Part shown: positions 11,454 through 20,699 of the stretch, in pieces
How the letters are laid out: each line of letters begins with the position of its first letter
How positions within the stretch are numbered: the first letter of the stretch is position 1
Origin: Cyanobacteria bacterium J06626_4
GTDB taxonomy: Bacteria > Cyanobacteriota > Cyanobacteriia > Phormidesmidales > Phormidesmidaceae
NCBI GenBank assembly: GCA_038523235.1
Contig: JBCBJQ010000021.1
Location: 8,249-72,248, forward strand
Length of the DNA: 64,000 nt
Direction of reading: 5' to 3'
Program-made: the position numbers and the translations under genes
The notes under the pieces: generated by a model
Told to the model about the DNA's origin: nothing
The model's input: the letters and a program-made list of their open reading frames with translations, nothing else
Databases searched by the model: none

Positions 11454-11729
11454 CGCCTAGCCCAGGTTCGTCAGCGACTCGCAATTCTCCTTGTATTACA
11501 CGGGGCTTCGGGTTTGCCAGCGTTGATGATTCAGCGATCGATTGAATTGGGAGTCTGCAAATTTAATGTCAACATGGAAGTTCGACAAAAATATCTCTAA
11601 TTTTGGCGAGAGTACGGCAAAACGGACTCTAAAATCGACCTCTTAGATTGTCAAAAAGCGGCCACGTCTGCCATGCAAGAGATCATTGCTCAAAAAATCA
11701 GGTTGTTCGGCAGTGCAGGCAAAGCTTAG
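11454..11729 (+). pseudogene. 3' fragment of a class II fructose/tagatose-bisphosphate aldolase with an internal stop
   Basis: Manual translation: RLAQVRQRLAILLVLHGASGLPALMIQRSIELGVCKFNVNMEVRQKYL*FWREYGKTDSKIDLLDCQKAATSAMQEIIAQKIRLFGSAGKA*. LVLHGASG, GVCKFNVN and KIRLFGSAGKA match class II aldolase C-termini. In-frame TAA at 11598; no N-terminal part present. Confidence 0.85.
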
Positions 11730-11763
11730 CCGGTGATTGAAAAGAGTCGGTAACAAATAACCA

Positions 11764-12309
11764 ATGTCTGATGACAAACAAATCCTGGAGCAGCTTAGAT
11801 TTTATGGGCTTCGTTTTCGGCTTGGTTTAGCAAACTGTTCGGAGCTTCGTCAGGTTGCAGACGCAGCATTAAATGCAGGAATCTACTCACCATCACTTGT
11901 CGATGCTGCACTAGATGTTGAGGAATGGTTATGGGAAATTGGCATAGCTTTCCAGAAAGCATTGAGCGAATTATCAATAATATTGCCTGACTCTAAAGAA
12001 GATTGCTGCTGGGCAATCCTTCGATATCACATAGAGCAGATTGCTAATCAAGAAATCGAGCCGTTTGCAGGATTGAAAGGAATAATGCAGGTTTATTATG
12101 GTTGCCAAAATCTTATTCAAAGCAACCATTATGTTGGTGATCCCCATGATATTCATGAATTAATTGGAGCCTACTGGGGCTACGACGATTTGATGGAAGG
12201 ACCTCAACAGATATTGACAGACGAGGACACCTGCTTAAAACTCGATCAAGCGGTCATGGGAATTTGTCAGGCTTGGCTCAATAAACATTCCGTATCACGC
12301 GTCGTGTGA
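11764..12309 (+). CDS. Hypothetical protein (AT-richer than flanking genes)
   Basis: 181-aa ORF with ATG start; no recognised motif. Confidence 0.65.
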   Translation: MSDDKQILEQLRFYGLRFRLGLANCSELRQVADAALNAGIYSPSLVDAALDVEEWLWEIGIAFQKALSELSIILPDSKEDCCWAILRYHIEQIANQEIEPFAGLKGIMQVYYGCQNLIQSNHYVGDPHDIHELIGAYWGYDDLMEGPQQILTDEDTCLKLDQAVMGICQAWLNKHSVSRVV

Positions 12310-12395
12310 GCGGTTGAAAATACCCTTTACTATGGGCCAAAACAATCTAATCCGTTCCAGTTTGAGGGTCAGTAGTCAGAATTTATTTTTCATTA

Positions 12396-12441
12396 TGCAC
12401 ACTGGTTTGAATGCGGAATGCGGCATTCAAACCAGTGTGCA
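12396..12441. terminator. 19-bp perfect inverted repeat overlapping the aat stop
   Basis: TGCACACTGGTTTGAATGC-(8 nt)-GCATTCAAACCAGTGTGCA between convergent genes. Confidence 0.6.
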
Positions 12442-13014
12442 AGGCATCGTCAGCGCCTGCTTCAGTAGCTTGCGGTAGTCCCGGTTAGACACCACATAGG
12501 CTCCAAAGCGCGCCAGATGAGGATTCATCATTTGCGCATCAAAAAACAGAAAGCGGCGCGATCGCAGATGCTCTACCAGCTTCACCATGGCGACCTTAGA
12601 GCCTTCGGGAATGCGATAAAACATCGACTCGCCGATAAACGCCCCGCCAATCGAGAGGCCCAAAATCCCGCCGGCTAGCTGATCGCCCTGCCAAGTTTCA
12701 TAGCTGTGCGCCCACCCGGCCTGGTGCAGCTCCCAGTAAATCTCTTTCAAATCATCGGAAATCCACGTGGTGTCACGGTTAGCACAGCCATCGACGACGG
12801 CTAAAAAGTCGCGGCTAATCGCCGTTTCAAACCGTTCTTGATTGATGGCTCGGCGCAGCGACTTGGGATAGCGAAAGCGATCGTCCAGGGGAATCAGCGT
12901 CCGCTGACGGCTGGAATACCACCCTAAGCCCTGACCTTCGTCGTCAGACATGAGGAAATAGCCCTTGGCGTATCCCTCAATGATGGCGGTGATATCGTAC
13001 TGCGATGGAATCAA
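12427..13014 (-). CDS. aat: Leucyl/phenylalanyl-tRNA--protein transferase
   Basis: GYAKGYFLM, TWIS, GWAHSYETW, GGAFIGESMF, SKVAMVKLV, FDAQMMNPHLARFGA. Start uncertain. Confidence 0.93.
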   Translation of the reverse strand: MIPSQYDITAIIEGYAKGYFLMSDDEGQGLGWYSSRQRTLIPLDDRFRYPKSLRRAINQERFETAISRDFLAVVDGCANRDTTWISDDLKEIYWELHQAGWAHSYETWQGDQLAGGILGLSIGGAFIGESMFYRIPEGSKVAMVKLVEHLRSRRFLFFDAQMMNPHLARFGAYVVSNRDYRKLLKQALTMPCTLV

Positions 13015-13049
13015 GGTTTTCTATACCAAGGCCATAGGTGACGGCAACA

Positions 13050-13991
13050 TCAGGCGCTTTGCTCCCTATCAGCATAGGCCGCATACACCCCCTGCACGTT
13101 GTACCAATTGAGAAATACGCGCGCAATCTCTAGAGCCAGCTGCGGTCGCCCTCGATCGATCAGCCACTGCAAGAGCGGAGCCAGCGTTCTTTCATTGAGT
13201 CTGCCGCCCAGAGATAGCACGCCCCACAGCACACGGTGCAGCCAGGTCATCTGAATCATCATCCGCACATCTCGCGTCGGATGCTTTTGGTAAAACAACA
13301 CCCCCATGCGACCACGCTGAATTTCTTGATCAATCAGGCGCGGCACCTGATCTAACGAAAAGGGCGGATGCCAGTGGTAGCCAACGGCTGCTGGCACTTT
13401 CACCAACGACAAGCCCAGCTTTTTGAGCCGTACGCCGAGTTCCAGATCTTCCCAGCCGTAGAGTTGAAATTGGGTGTCAAAGAGACCGGCTGCTTCGAGC
13501 CAGTGCCGGGCGATCGCCACATTGCCCGTCGCAAAAAATGCTTGGGAATAGTCCGTCACTTTAAAGGTCTCTGAGGTCGGATCGTCAAAGTTGCAGGTAT
13601 TGACCACCCGACCGTAGGTAAAGACGCGATCGCTGCCCTGGTCTCGATAGGCTTTCTGCAGCGCAGTGCCGTGGTGATGCAGAAAGTCGGGCAGCACGAC
13701 CAAATCGCTGTCGATGAAGATAATGGTGTCGCCTTTGGCCTCTCTGACGCCAAAGTTGCGGGCGATCGCCGGGCCTTTGTGATCTTGCTCAAATAGCCGC
13801 ACATGGGGAAATTCGGCGGCGCTTTCCTGTAGCCAGCGCACGGTGCCATCGGTGGAGCCGTCATCCACAATCACCACCTCGTAGCCCTCAACCGGGCTGT
13901 TCGCCGGAAGAGACTGCTGCTCCATCGCTCGCAGACACTTTTCCAAAATAGGTTGGCGGTTGTAGGTTGGGATGACAACGCTGAAAAACAC
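13050..13991 (-). CDS. Glycosyltransferase family 2
   Basis: SVVIPTYNR, VDDGSTDGT, GPAIARNFG, FIDSD, YGWEDLELG. GTG start preceded by GAGG. Confidence 0.9.
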   Translation of the reverse strand: MFFSVVIPTYNRQPILEKCLRAMEQQSLPANSPVEGYEVVIVDDGSTDGTVRWLQESAAEFPHVRLFEQDHKGPAIARNFGVREAKGDTIIFIDSDLVVLPDFLHHHGTALQKAYRDQGSDRVFTYGRVVNTCNFDDPTSETFKVTDYSQAFFATGNVAIARHWLEAAGLFDTQFQLYGWEDLELGVRLKKLGLSLVKVPAAVGYHWHPPFSLDQVPRLIDQEIQRGRMGVLFYQKHPTRDVRMMIQMTWLHRVLWGVLSLGGRLNERTLAPLLQWLIDRGRPQLALEIARVFLNWYNVQGVYAAYADREQSA

Positions 13992-14140
13992 AGCACACCT
14001 CAAAACGGCTCTCCAATCCTACTGTAGTTATAGCCGCCTGCCCTAGACGAGAAAACCGGACACCTTGGCGTCATGCTGTGCTGAATCATGACCTATACCG
14101 TTTCAACCGGATACAACCTCACTGATTCAAACTGTCGAAG

Positions 14141-14232
14141 AACCTCACCTCACCTCTCCTTATCAAGGAGAGGAACCCAAGATCTTAGATAAGCCTCTCC
14201 TTACCAAAGAGAGGTGCCGCAGGCGGTAAGGT
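14141..14232. repeat. REP/MITE-like double-hairpin element (single copy; same family as 48379-48643)
   Basis: AACCTCACC..CCTCTCCTTatcAAGGAGAGG..spacer..CCTCTCCTTaccAAAGAGAGGTGCCGCAGGCGGTAAGGT; near-identical to the copies upstream of cynS. Confidence 0.85.
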
Positions 14233-14299
14233 CATTCCCGGTAAGCGTAGTCTAGAGCGTTAGGCAGACATGACTTGCGCCAGCGATCGATCGCTGCCC

Positions 14300-15322
14300 C
14301 TAAACCTCACTCGGCAGCGTGGGCATCTCTTCGCCCTGATAGTCGCGCGTCGGCATCTCAAAGCCGCAGGACGTGCCATCGGTGTAAACCACCTCATCTT
14401 CCCAAGGCAGGCGATAGTTGCCGTCCACCATATCTTTCATATAGGTGTAGGGGCAGTCTTGGGCGCCACCCTTTACCGCCACATAGCCCCGGTGACCGAA
14501 CTGGTAGATGTTGTTCTCGACGCCCCAATACTGGCGGGCCTCGCGTACCAGATCGGGTCGTACCTCAGCGGTGATGATTTCGTCGGGGCGGTGGCTGCCC
14601 ATCACGAGCGGTTCGCCATCAAAGTTGACGATCATGCCCTCACCCATCGAGTCAAAGGTGCCGTCGGTGCCGCACATACAAACTGAGGCCGTCACCATCA
14701 GGTTGCTAAAGGCATTCGCCTGGTTGGTTACCCGCCAAGAAGAACGAATCGGGGCGGTGTAACCCGCCGTGCGAATCATGATCTCTGCCCCTTTGTAGGC
14801 ACATTCTCGCGCCATCTCGGGGAACATGCCGTCGTGGCAAATGATTAGCGCGATCGTGCTGCCGTTCGGCCCTTCACAGACGGGAATGCCTATGTTGCCC
14901 GGTTCCCATGGTTCCACGGGCACCCAGGGATGCAGCTTGCGGTAGTAGAGCTTGAGTTCCCCTTTGTCATCAATAATCAGCCCGCTGTTGTAGGGGTTGC
15001 CCTTAGGGTTGAATTCCATAATGGAAAAACAGCCCCAGATCTGATTGTCGATGCAGGCTTGGCGAAAAGCAGCAACTTCTGGCCCGTCCAGCCGACACAT
15101 AATGTCGGGATTAGTATCCATCGACAGCCCGTGCAGCGAATACTCGGGAAAAACCACCAGATCCATCGTGGGCATATTGCGGCGAGCCTTGCCGACCATC
15201 TCAACGATACGTTGGGTTTGGGCAGCGAGGTCGTCAGGGGTGACCACATTGGGCAATTGCGCCTGCACCATCCCCAACACGACACCGTTCGGGGTTTTGT
15301 TCAATCCACCGAGTCCGCTCAT
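14300..15322 (-). CDS. amiF: Formamidase (nitrilase-superfamily amidase, AmiF type)
   Basis: MSGLGGLNK N-terminus; catalytic triad FPEY (E), YRKLHPWVPVEPWEPG (K), ICHDG (C); GVENNIYQFGHRGYVAVKGGA. Confidence 0.85.
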   Translation of the reverse strand: MSGLGGLNKTPNGVVLGMVQAQLPNVVTPDDLAAQTQRIVEMVGKARRNMPTMDLVVFPEYSLHGLSMDTNPDIMCRLDGPEVAAFRQACIDNQIWGCFSIMEFNPKGNPYNSGLIIDDKGELKLYYRKLHPWVPVEPWEPGNIGIPVCEGPNGSTIALIICHDGMFPEMARECAYKGAEIMIRTAGYTAPIRSSWRVTNQANAFSNLMVTASVCMCGTDGTFDSMGEGMIVNFDGEPLVMGSHRPDEIITAEVRPDLVREARQYWGVENNIYQFGHRGYVAVKGGAQDCPYTYMKDMVDGNYRLPWEDEVVYTDGTSCGFEMPTRDYQGEEMPTLPSEV

Positions 15323-15438
15323 GGCCACCTCTTAAGCAAATATTAGGAACATCGCTAATTTGCCATTGCGGGGGACGGCATTTTGTGGCGATCGCTGCAG
15401 CTTATCCTGACAATTGCAGGAATTCTCAGGACGCCTCC

Positions 15439-15579
15439 TCAACCATGACGGCGAATGGCATCAATCTGCATAGCAATGTAATCGCGCGATCGATAATCGT
15501 TGGCATAGCGGAGCTGATGACGCAACTCAGTAATCTTTTGCTGCTGCAACCGTTTGCGTTCTTGAGCGTTGTATTTCAT
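15439..15579 (-). CDS. Possible 46-aa basic small protein
   Basis: MKYNAQERKRLQQQKITELRHQLRYANDYRSRDYIAMQIDAIRRHG; helical-looking and codirectional just upstream of formamidase. Confidence 0.45.
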   Translation of the reverse strand: MKYNAQERKRLQQQKITELRHQLRYANDYRSRDYIAMQIDAIRRHG

Positions 15580-16013
15580 GACAGGAACTCGCTTTGGCCT
15601 ATGCCTTATACATCTGCACCTGAGCCTCATCTTTAGAGCGAATGTAGGGCGTAAAAGCCGCTCTATGACTCAGGCACTATTTAAAGACTGCCGCCAAAAT
15701 AGTAGCGATCGCTACTTTCTACACAAAACGAAAAATCGATTCGTTCGTGGAGCGCAGCGATCGCTGTGCTGATCACACCCCGATTCCGGAGATGAGCGCC
15801 GCCTCTCTTTTTGGATACCTTGGCACAGTGGTGTTTTTGCAGTTGGACGAGGCGCGATCGCCCTCGACGCCATCATTGCCCCTGGAAAGTGCGTAAACTT
15901 GCCGTGTAAAAGTGAAGGTAATCACCGGCGTCAGTCGCTTTGAGAGACGAGACGACTGACGCAGAACCGTACCAAGTCGGCCCCCAGACCTGACACAACA
16001 CAGAGCGCGTGCC

Positions 16014-16937
16014 ATGACCGAGACTTATTTAACCATCGCCCGACAGGGTCGTAATGCCTGGTGGCGTTACCTGTTGAGCCTGATATTGGCCCTGGGGCTA
16101 ACCATCAACGCGACCATCTTTGTGGCCTTCCCCTTTTTGCTGGTTGCCACCCTGCAAGAGGTGCCGATGCCGACTGATGACATCTGGATGAGCCAGCCAG
16201 GTTGGTTTTTCGGCGTGACGGCGGCTGTGACGACCTTAATGACGTTAGGGCTGATTGTCGCCATCCCGGCCCTGCACCAACGCCCCTGGCGGACAGTGAT
16301 TAATCCTCAAGGATTGATCCGCTGGCGACGGATCGCACAGGGGTGGGGCGTCTGGTTGGGGCTGATGCTGTTGAGCATTGCGTTGTTTGCAGTGTTCGAT
16401 CGAGATCGCTACACCATTCAGGTCACTGTCGGCTGGCTGTGGCGCTGGCTCCCCACGCTGCTAGTGATGTCACTAGTGGCTTTGATGCCGAGTTTAGTCT
16501 ATGGCTATTTGTTGCAGGGCTTGGGATTGCTGATTCCACGACCGGTGCGATTAACGGCAGTCGTCGCCGTACTGATTGGCCTCTTTAATGTCGTCTCATC
16601 GCCCACGCCCCCCACGATTTGGGACTGGGGCTTTGGTCTAATCACGGCAGGATTTTTTGTGTGGATCATCTTGCAAGATCGTGGCCTGGAACTGTTTATT
16701 GGTCTGCAAGCGGCCAATGCGTTAGTACGACTACAGCTGGTGCGATCGCCCGACACTACCCCTACGTTTCCGGCGCTGTTGACTCGCAATGCCGGGGCAA
16801 GCTCTTGGCTCGATTTCATTGTCTGGCTGCTGGGCTTGGGCCTGTTTTACGCCATTTGTTTTTATGCGTGGCCATCGTCTAGAGCACCGGCCCCGAACTC
16901 TGCTACCGCCAGCAACTCGCGAGAGGAACTCGATTAG
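16014..16937 (+). CDS. CPBP (Abi/CAAX-protease) family membrane protein with degenerate active site
   Basis: YLTIARQGRNAWWRY N-terminus, LHQRPWRTVI, GYLLQGLG, DRGLELFIG, multiple TM helices; the EExxFR and His motifs are missing. Confidence 0.7.
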   Translation: MTETYLTIARQGRNAWWRYLLSLILALGLTINATIFVAFPFLLVATLQEVPMPTDDIWMSQPGWFFGVTAAVTTLMTLGLIVAIPALHQRPWRTVINPQGLIRWRRIAQGWGVWLGLMLLSIALFAVFDRDRYTIQVTVGWLWRWLPTLLVMSLVALMPSLVYGYLLQGLGLLIPRPVRLTAVVAVLIGLFNVVSSPTPPTIWDWGFGLITAGFFVWIILQDRGLELFIGLQAANALVRLQLVRSPDTTPTFPALLTRNAGASSWLDFIVWLLGLGLFYAICFYAWPSSRAPAPNSATASNSREELD

Positions 16938-17008
16938 TCTGATTATCGTGACACCTCTCTCGGAGCTGTTATCAATATTTGAGGGGTGCCATTGAGAATA
17001 TGGATGCT

Positions 17009-17407
17009 TCAGCTTTTCGTGGCAGCGAGCGACGCTTGATAAGCTTGCCACCCGCCGAACTCCGTAATTTCTCGTTTGCCAACCACGGTCAGCGGTTCAC
17101 CAATCACGCCCAGCACCGTTTCCCCCTCGGCCAGCTTCACCTTGCCGATCGCCAACCCCGGCGGCTCCTGCATCAAAATCACCCCCAAACCTGCTAGCGG
17201 TACGTCCCACACTTCCACCGCGATCGCGACGCCACCCTCGGCCACCCGCACCATCGCCGGATACTGGTCATCAATCGTCCACAGCCGGTAAGCCGCCTCG
17301 GTGGTGGTTTCAGCGTTAAAGGTTGCGCCCACGTTCAGCAGATTTGGATTCAGCGCCAACCCCCGCATCAGCGTGCCGTTAACCGCCAACTTCAAAGTTT
17401 CCGTCAT
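17009..17407 (-). CDS. Stand-alone allophanate hydrolase C-terminal-domain protein (GGCT-like fold)
   Basis: LAVNGTLMRGLALNPNL, YRLW, IAVEVW, EPPGLAIGKVKL, EITEFGGWQAY. Confidence 0.8.
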   Translation of the reverse strand: MTETLKLAVNGTLMRGLALNPNLLNVGATFNAETTTEAAYRLWTIDDQYPAMVRVAEGGVAIAVEVWDVPLAGLGVILMQEPPGLAIGKVKLAEGETVLGVIGEPLTVVGKREITEFGGWQAYQASLAATKS

Positions 17408-17417
17408 GGTTTCTTGG

Positions 17418-18365
17418 CTAATCCTCTTTACCCAGCGCACCCGGTGCTCCGACCAGTGTACGCTTCGGCGAGCAGGTGATAATCATAATTAGCAGCGTCA
17501 GAATGTAGGGGGCTGCGTTGAATAGATAGTAGTAAGCATTGATGCCAACCGATTGGAAAGCCGGGCCGAGCGCCTGGGCACCGCCAAACAACAGCGACGC
17601 CCACAGACATTGAAGCGGGTTCCAGCGGGCAAAAATCACCAGTGCCACTGCCATTAATCCCTGGCCGCTTGAGATGCGCTCAGTCCACACGCCAGGAAAA
17701 TACAGCGACAGGCAAGCGCCGCCAATGCCTGCGAGAAAGCTGCCCGCCATGATGCTCAAAAACCGCACCTTAAAAATCGAAATGCCCATCGCCCGCGCCG
17801 CCTCGGGGCTGTCGCCCACCGCGCGAATATACAGCCCCCAGCGCGTTGAGCGAAAGAACCACTGCATCATGGGGGCGATCGCCACCCCAATCAAAAACAG
17901 CGGACTCACCTTTAACGCCGACTGCACGGCGGGGGTGCTGCTCCAAGCGCCCCACTGAAAGGTGAATAGCTGTGGCGCTTGGGGCTGAATAAAGGGCTTG
18001 CCCAAAAAGAAGGCTAAGCCACTGCCAAAAATAATCATCGCGATGCCGACGGCCACATCGTTCACGCGGGGCTGTTGCGCCAGCCAGCCGTGAATCGCGC
18101 CCAGCGACATCCCGGCCAAGCCTGCCGCCAGCACGCCAAGCCACGGGGCCCAAAAATCACCCAATGCGCCTTGACTCAGGTAAGCGACGCCATAGGCGCT
18201 CATCGCCCCCATCAGCAAGGTGCCTTCCAAGCCCAGGTTGATTTTGCCGCTTTTTTCTGTCAGGCATTCGCCCAAACTCACAAACAAAAACGGGGCGCTG
18301 CCTCGCAGGGTACCGGCCAAAATGCCGAGGGGCACGCCCCACCAGCCCAATGCTTCAGTTGCCAT
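17418..18365 (-). CDS. ABC transporter permease (BMP/nucleoside CUT2 type)
   Basis: LTEKSGKINLGLEG, RAVGDSPEAARAMG, GQGLMAVALVIFARWNP, APYILT. Confidence 0.9.
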   Translation of the reverse strand: MATEALGWWGVPLGILAGTLRGSAPFLFVSLGECLTEKSGKINLGLEGTLLMGAMSAYGVAYLSQGALGDFWAPWLGVLAAGLAGMSLGAIHGWLAQQPRVNDVAVGIAMIIFGSGLAFFLGKPFIQPQAPQLFTFQWGAWSSTPAVQSALKVSPLFLIGVAIAPMMQWFFRSTRWGLYIRAVGDSPEAARAMGISIFKVRFLSIMAGSFLAGIGGACLSLYFPGVWTERISSGQGLMAVALVIFARWNPLQCLWASLLFGGAQALGPAFQSVGINAYYYLFNAAPYILTLLIMIITCSPKRTLVGAPGALGKED

Positions 18366-18425
18366 GTCGTAACCTCATCGGATGCCTGTGAAATGGATAG
18401 GGCGGCGTAGAACAGTCATGAAAAA

Positions 18426-19508
18426 CTAAGCCACTGGCTTTTCTTGAAACCAGGGCAGACGACCATAGAGCGAATCGCTGAACAACACACAGAGAAACAC
18501 AATGCCTTGAAACACCAGCACCGTGGCATCGGGCAAATCGTGCGATCGCTGCAAAATGCCGCCACTGGCCAAAATGCCCCCTAGCAGCACCGCCACCAAA
18601 ATCGTCGCCAGCGGATTATGACGCGAGACAAAGGCCACCAAAATGCCCGCGTAGCCATAGTTCGACACCAGCGATTCATTAATGCGCTTTTGCACGGCGG
18701 CGACCTCGATCATGCCCGCTAGTCCCGCACAGGAACCGCCCAAAAAGCAAATGGCCAGAGTCAATTTGCCGACGGGTAATCCGGCCACCCGGGCGGCGCG
18801 AATGTTGCCGCCTGCCGTACGCGCCGCAAAGCCAAAAGTCGTCCGCTGAATCAACACGTAGGCCATAACGCAGGCGATGAGGCCATAGACCAAACCATAG
18901 TGAATGCGGCTGCCGGGCAGCGTGCCCATCCACAGCGCTTCATTCAGTTCTGCTGAGGACGGCTTCGTGACAAACTCCGCATCGCGCATCGGGCCTTCGA
19001 CCAAATGGTTGATCAGGGCGATCGCGATGTAGTTTAACAGCAGGCTGCTGATGGTCTCATTGACGCCGCGATAGTGGCGCAGGGCACCGGCCAGCATAAT
19101 CCACAGGCCCCCGGCGATGATAGCCGCGATCGCCATCGTGAATTGCCCCAGCACCGGCGGCAAACTGGCGCCCACCGCCAGCCCCGCAATCGTCGCCGCC
19201 AAGCCGCCGATGACCAAAGCCCCTTCGTTGCCAATAATCACGAGCCCCAAGCGAGCAGGGAGTGCCGTACACAGCGCCGTCAGCATCAACGGTGAAGCGC
19301 GAATTAGCGTATTTTGCCAGGCGCTCCAGCTGCCAAAGGCAGCCTTATAGATCGAGGCATAGACGCCTAACGGATTAGCTCCGGCGAGCGTGCAAAAGAT
19401 GCCAAAAATCACCAGGGCCACCAGCAGTGCCGCCACTGGCAAAAAAACGGTCTCTAAGGGGCGTCGCCATTGATAAGACTTTGCGGCCGATGCCGGTGCG
19501 ATCGTCAT
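18426..19508 (-). CDS. ABC transporter permease (BMP/nucleoside CUT2 type)
   Basis: IIGNEGAL, GVNETISSLLLNYIA, GGNIRAARVAG, YGYAGILVAFVSRHNP. Confidence 0.9.
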   Translation of the reverse strand: MTIAPASAAKSYQWRRPLETVFLPVAALLVALVIFGIFCTLAGANPLGVYASIYKAAFGSWSAWQNTLIRASPLMLTALCTALPARLGLVIIGNEGALVIGGLAATIAGLAVGASLPPVLGQFTMAIAAIIAGGLWIMLAGALRHYRGVNETISSLLLNYIAIALINHLVEGPMRDAEFVTKPSSAELNEALWMGTLPGSRIHYGLVYGLIACVMAYVLIQRTTFGFAARTAGGNIRAARVAGLPVGKLTLAICFLGGSCAGLAGMIEVAAVQKRINESLVSNYGYAGILVAFVSRHNPLATILVAVLLGGILASGGILQRSHDLPDATVLVFQGIVFLCVLFSDSLYGRLPWFQEKPVA

Positions 19509-20011
19509 ACTGAGAGGCTCAATTTACCAACATTTAAACGTCGTTGCGACAAGCAATGGGTCGCGAGAGATTGTTCCAGATTTAGCAGCGGCCAGCCCGC
19601 CAAACGGACCGACAAGGGCTCGCAAAAACTGAGTGTTCGTCACTCTCAATTGGCCCTAAGCCTATAGCAGCAGGCTGGTCAACATCTAGCACCCGGCTAC
19701 CGGTTGGCAAGCCTTAGGGAAAATTAGCCCTAGGATAATCCCCCTATCCGGTCGCCAGAGACGTAGCCCTGGCTACCAGACCTCTCCCAACATCCATTCA
19801 AAGAATTGATTATTTGTGGTTCAGAGTGAACACTCGCCTGCCGTTAGCGCCTCATCCGTCGGGGTTTCGGGTGCTGGCCCGGTCTGTTGAAAGCCTGGCA
19901 AACCCTCAGTAGCATTGCGTAAGAATACAGCACCGAAACGAATGTCAAACGAGATGATAGGGTTTAATAAATTCTTGTGTTGATTCTTCCTTAATGAGGG
20001 GATTTAAGTAG

Positions 20012-20431
20012 ATGAAACGTTTGTTGTTAGGCCTAGTGCTGACACTCGGGGTACTAAGTACTTGCTTCGGTTGGCAGGTGCGCCCCGCCGCTGCCGCGAC
20101 CAGTGTCAGTCTCGAGTACACACCAGTCTTGGCTGAAGAGCTACGCAACGCCGTTGACGACAAGCTGAGCACTGAGTACGGCTCTAAGCTTGATTTAAAC
20201 AACGCCAACGTTCAAGCCTTTGTGAAATATAAGGGTATGTACCCGACGATCGCCGGCAAAATTCTGAAAAGCGCTCCCTTTGACAGTGTTGAAGACGTGC
20301 TACAAATCTCTGGACTGAGCGATCGCGAGCGCGACATCATCCAAGCAAATCTGGATAGCTTTACCGTCACCGTGCCCGACCCGGCACTGGTGGAAGGCGC
20401 TGATCGCTATAACAACGGCGTTTACCGCTAA
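20012..20431 (+). CDS. psbU: Photosystem II 12 kDa extrinsic protein PsbU
   Basis: Signal peptide; RNAVDDKL, KLDLNNANV, GMYPTIA, APFDSVEDVL, EGADRYNNGVY. Confidence 0.96.
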   Translation: MKRLLLGLVLTLGVLSTCFGWQVRPAAAATSVSLEYTPVLAEELRNAVDDKLSTEYGSKLDLNNANVQAFVKYKGMYPTIAGKILKSAPFDSVEDVLQISGLSDRERDIIQANLDSFTVTVPDPALVEGADRYNNGVYR

Positions 20432-20496
20432 ACGCTCCAACGCTGCAGCCAGCCCCAGTGTTGGCTCAGCGACGAATCTCGGATTTAAATGAAACT

Positions 20497-20532
20497 AAGT
20501 CGGCAGAGGTATTTTGATCTCTGTCGACTTTT
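20497..20532 (+). terminator. Probable intrinsic terminator after psbU
   Basis: AAGTCGGCAGAG-loop-CTCTGTCGACTT followed by further Ts. Confidence 0.55.
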
Positions 20533-20699
20533 GACTATCAGCCCCATCGAGAGTGAGAACTGGCGTTTTCATCGCCGCCTGACCTCACCGCCTGCGGCCC
20601 CTCTCCTAAGCCCTTCGAGCCGGCTTCGCCAACAGTCAGAAAATGCTTGGAGAGGTTGGCTCAGCAGGCCACAACCCAGGTTTTCAAAGAGGAAAAGTA

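Noticed and set aside
19509..20011. Guanidine or other riboswitch upstream of the BMP permeases
   Set aside because: No ykkC or mini-ykkC consensus recognised by eye; an Rfam scan would be needed to exclude it fully.
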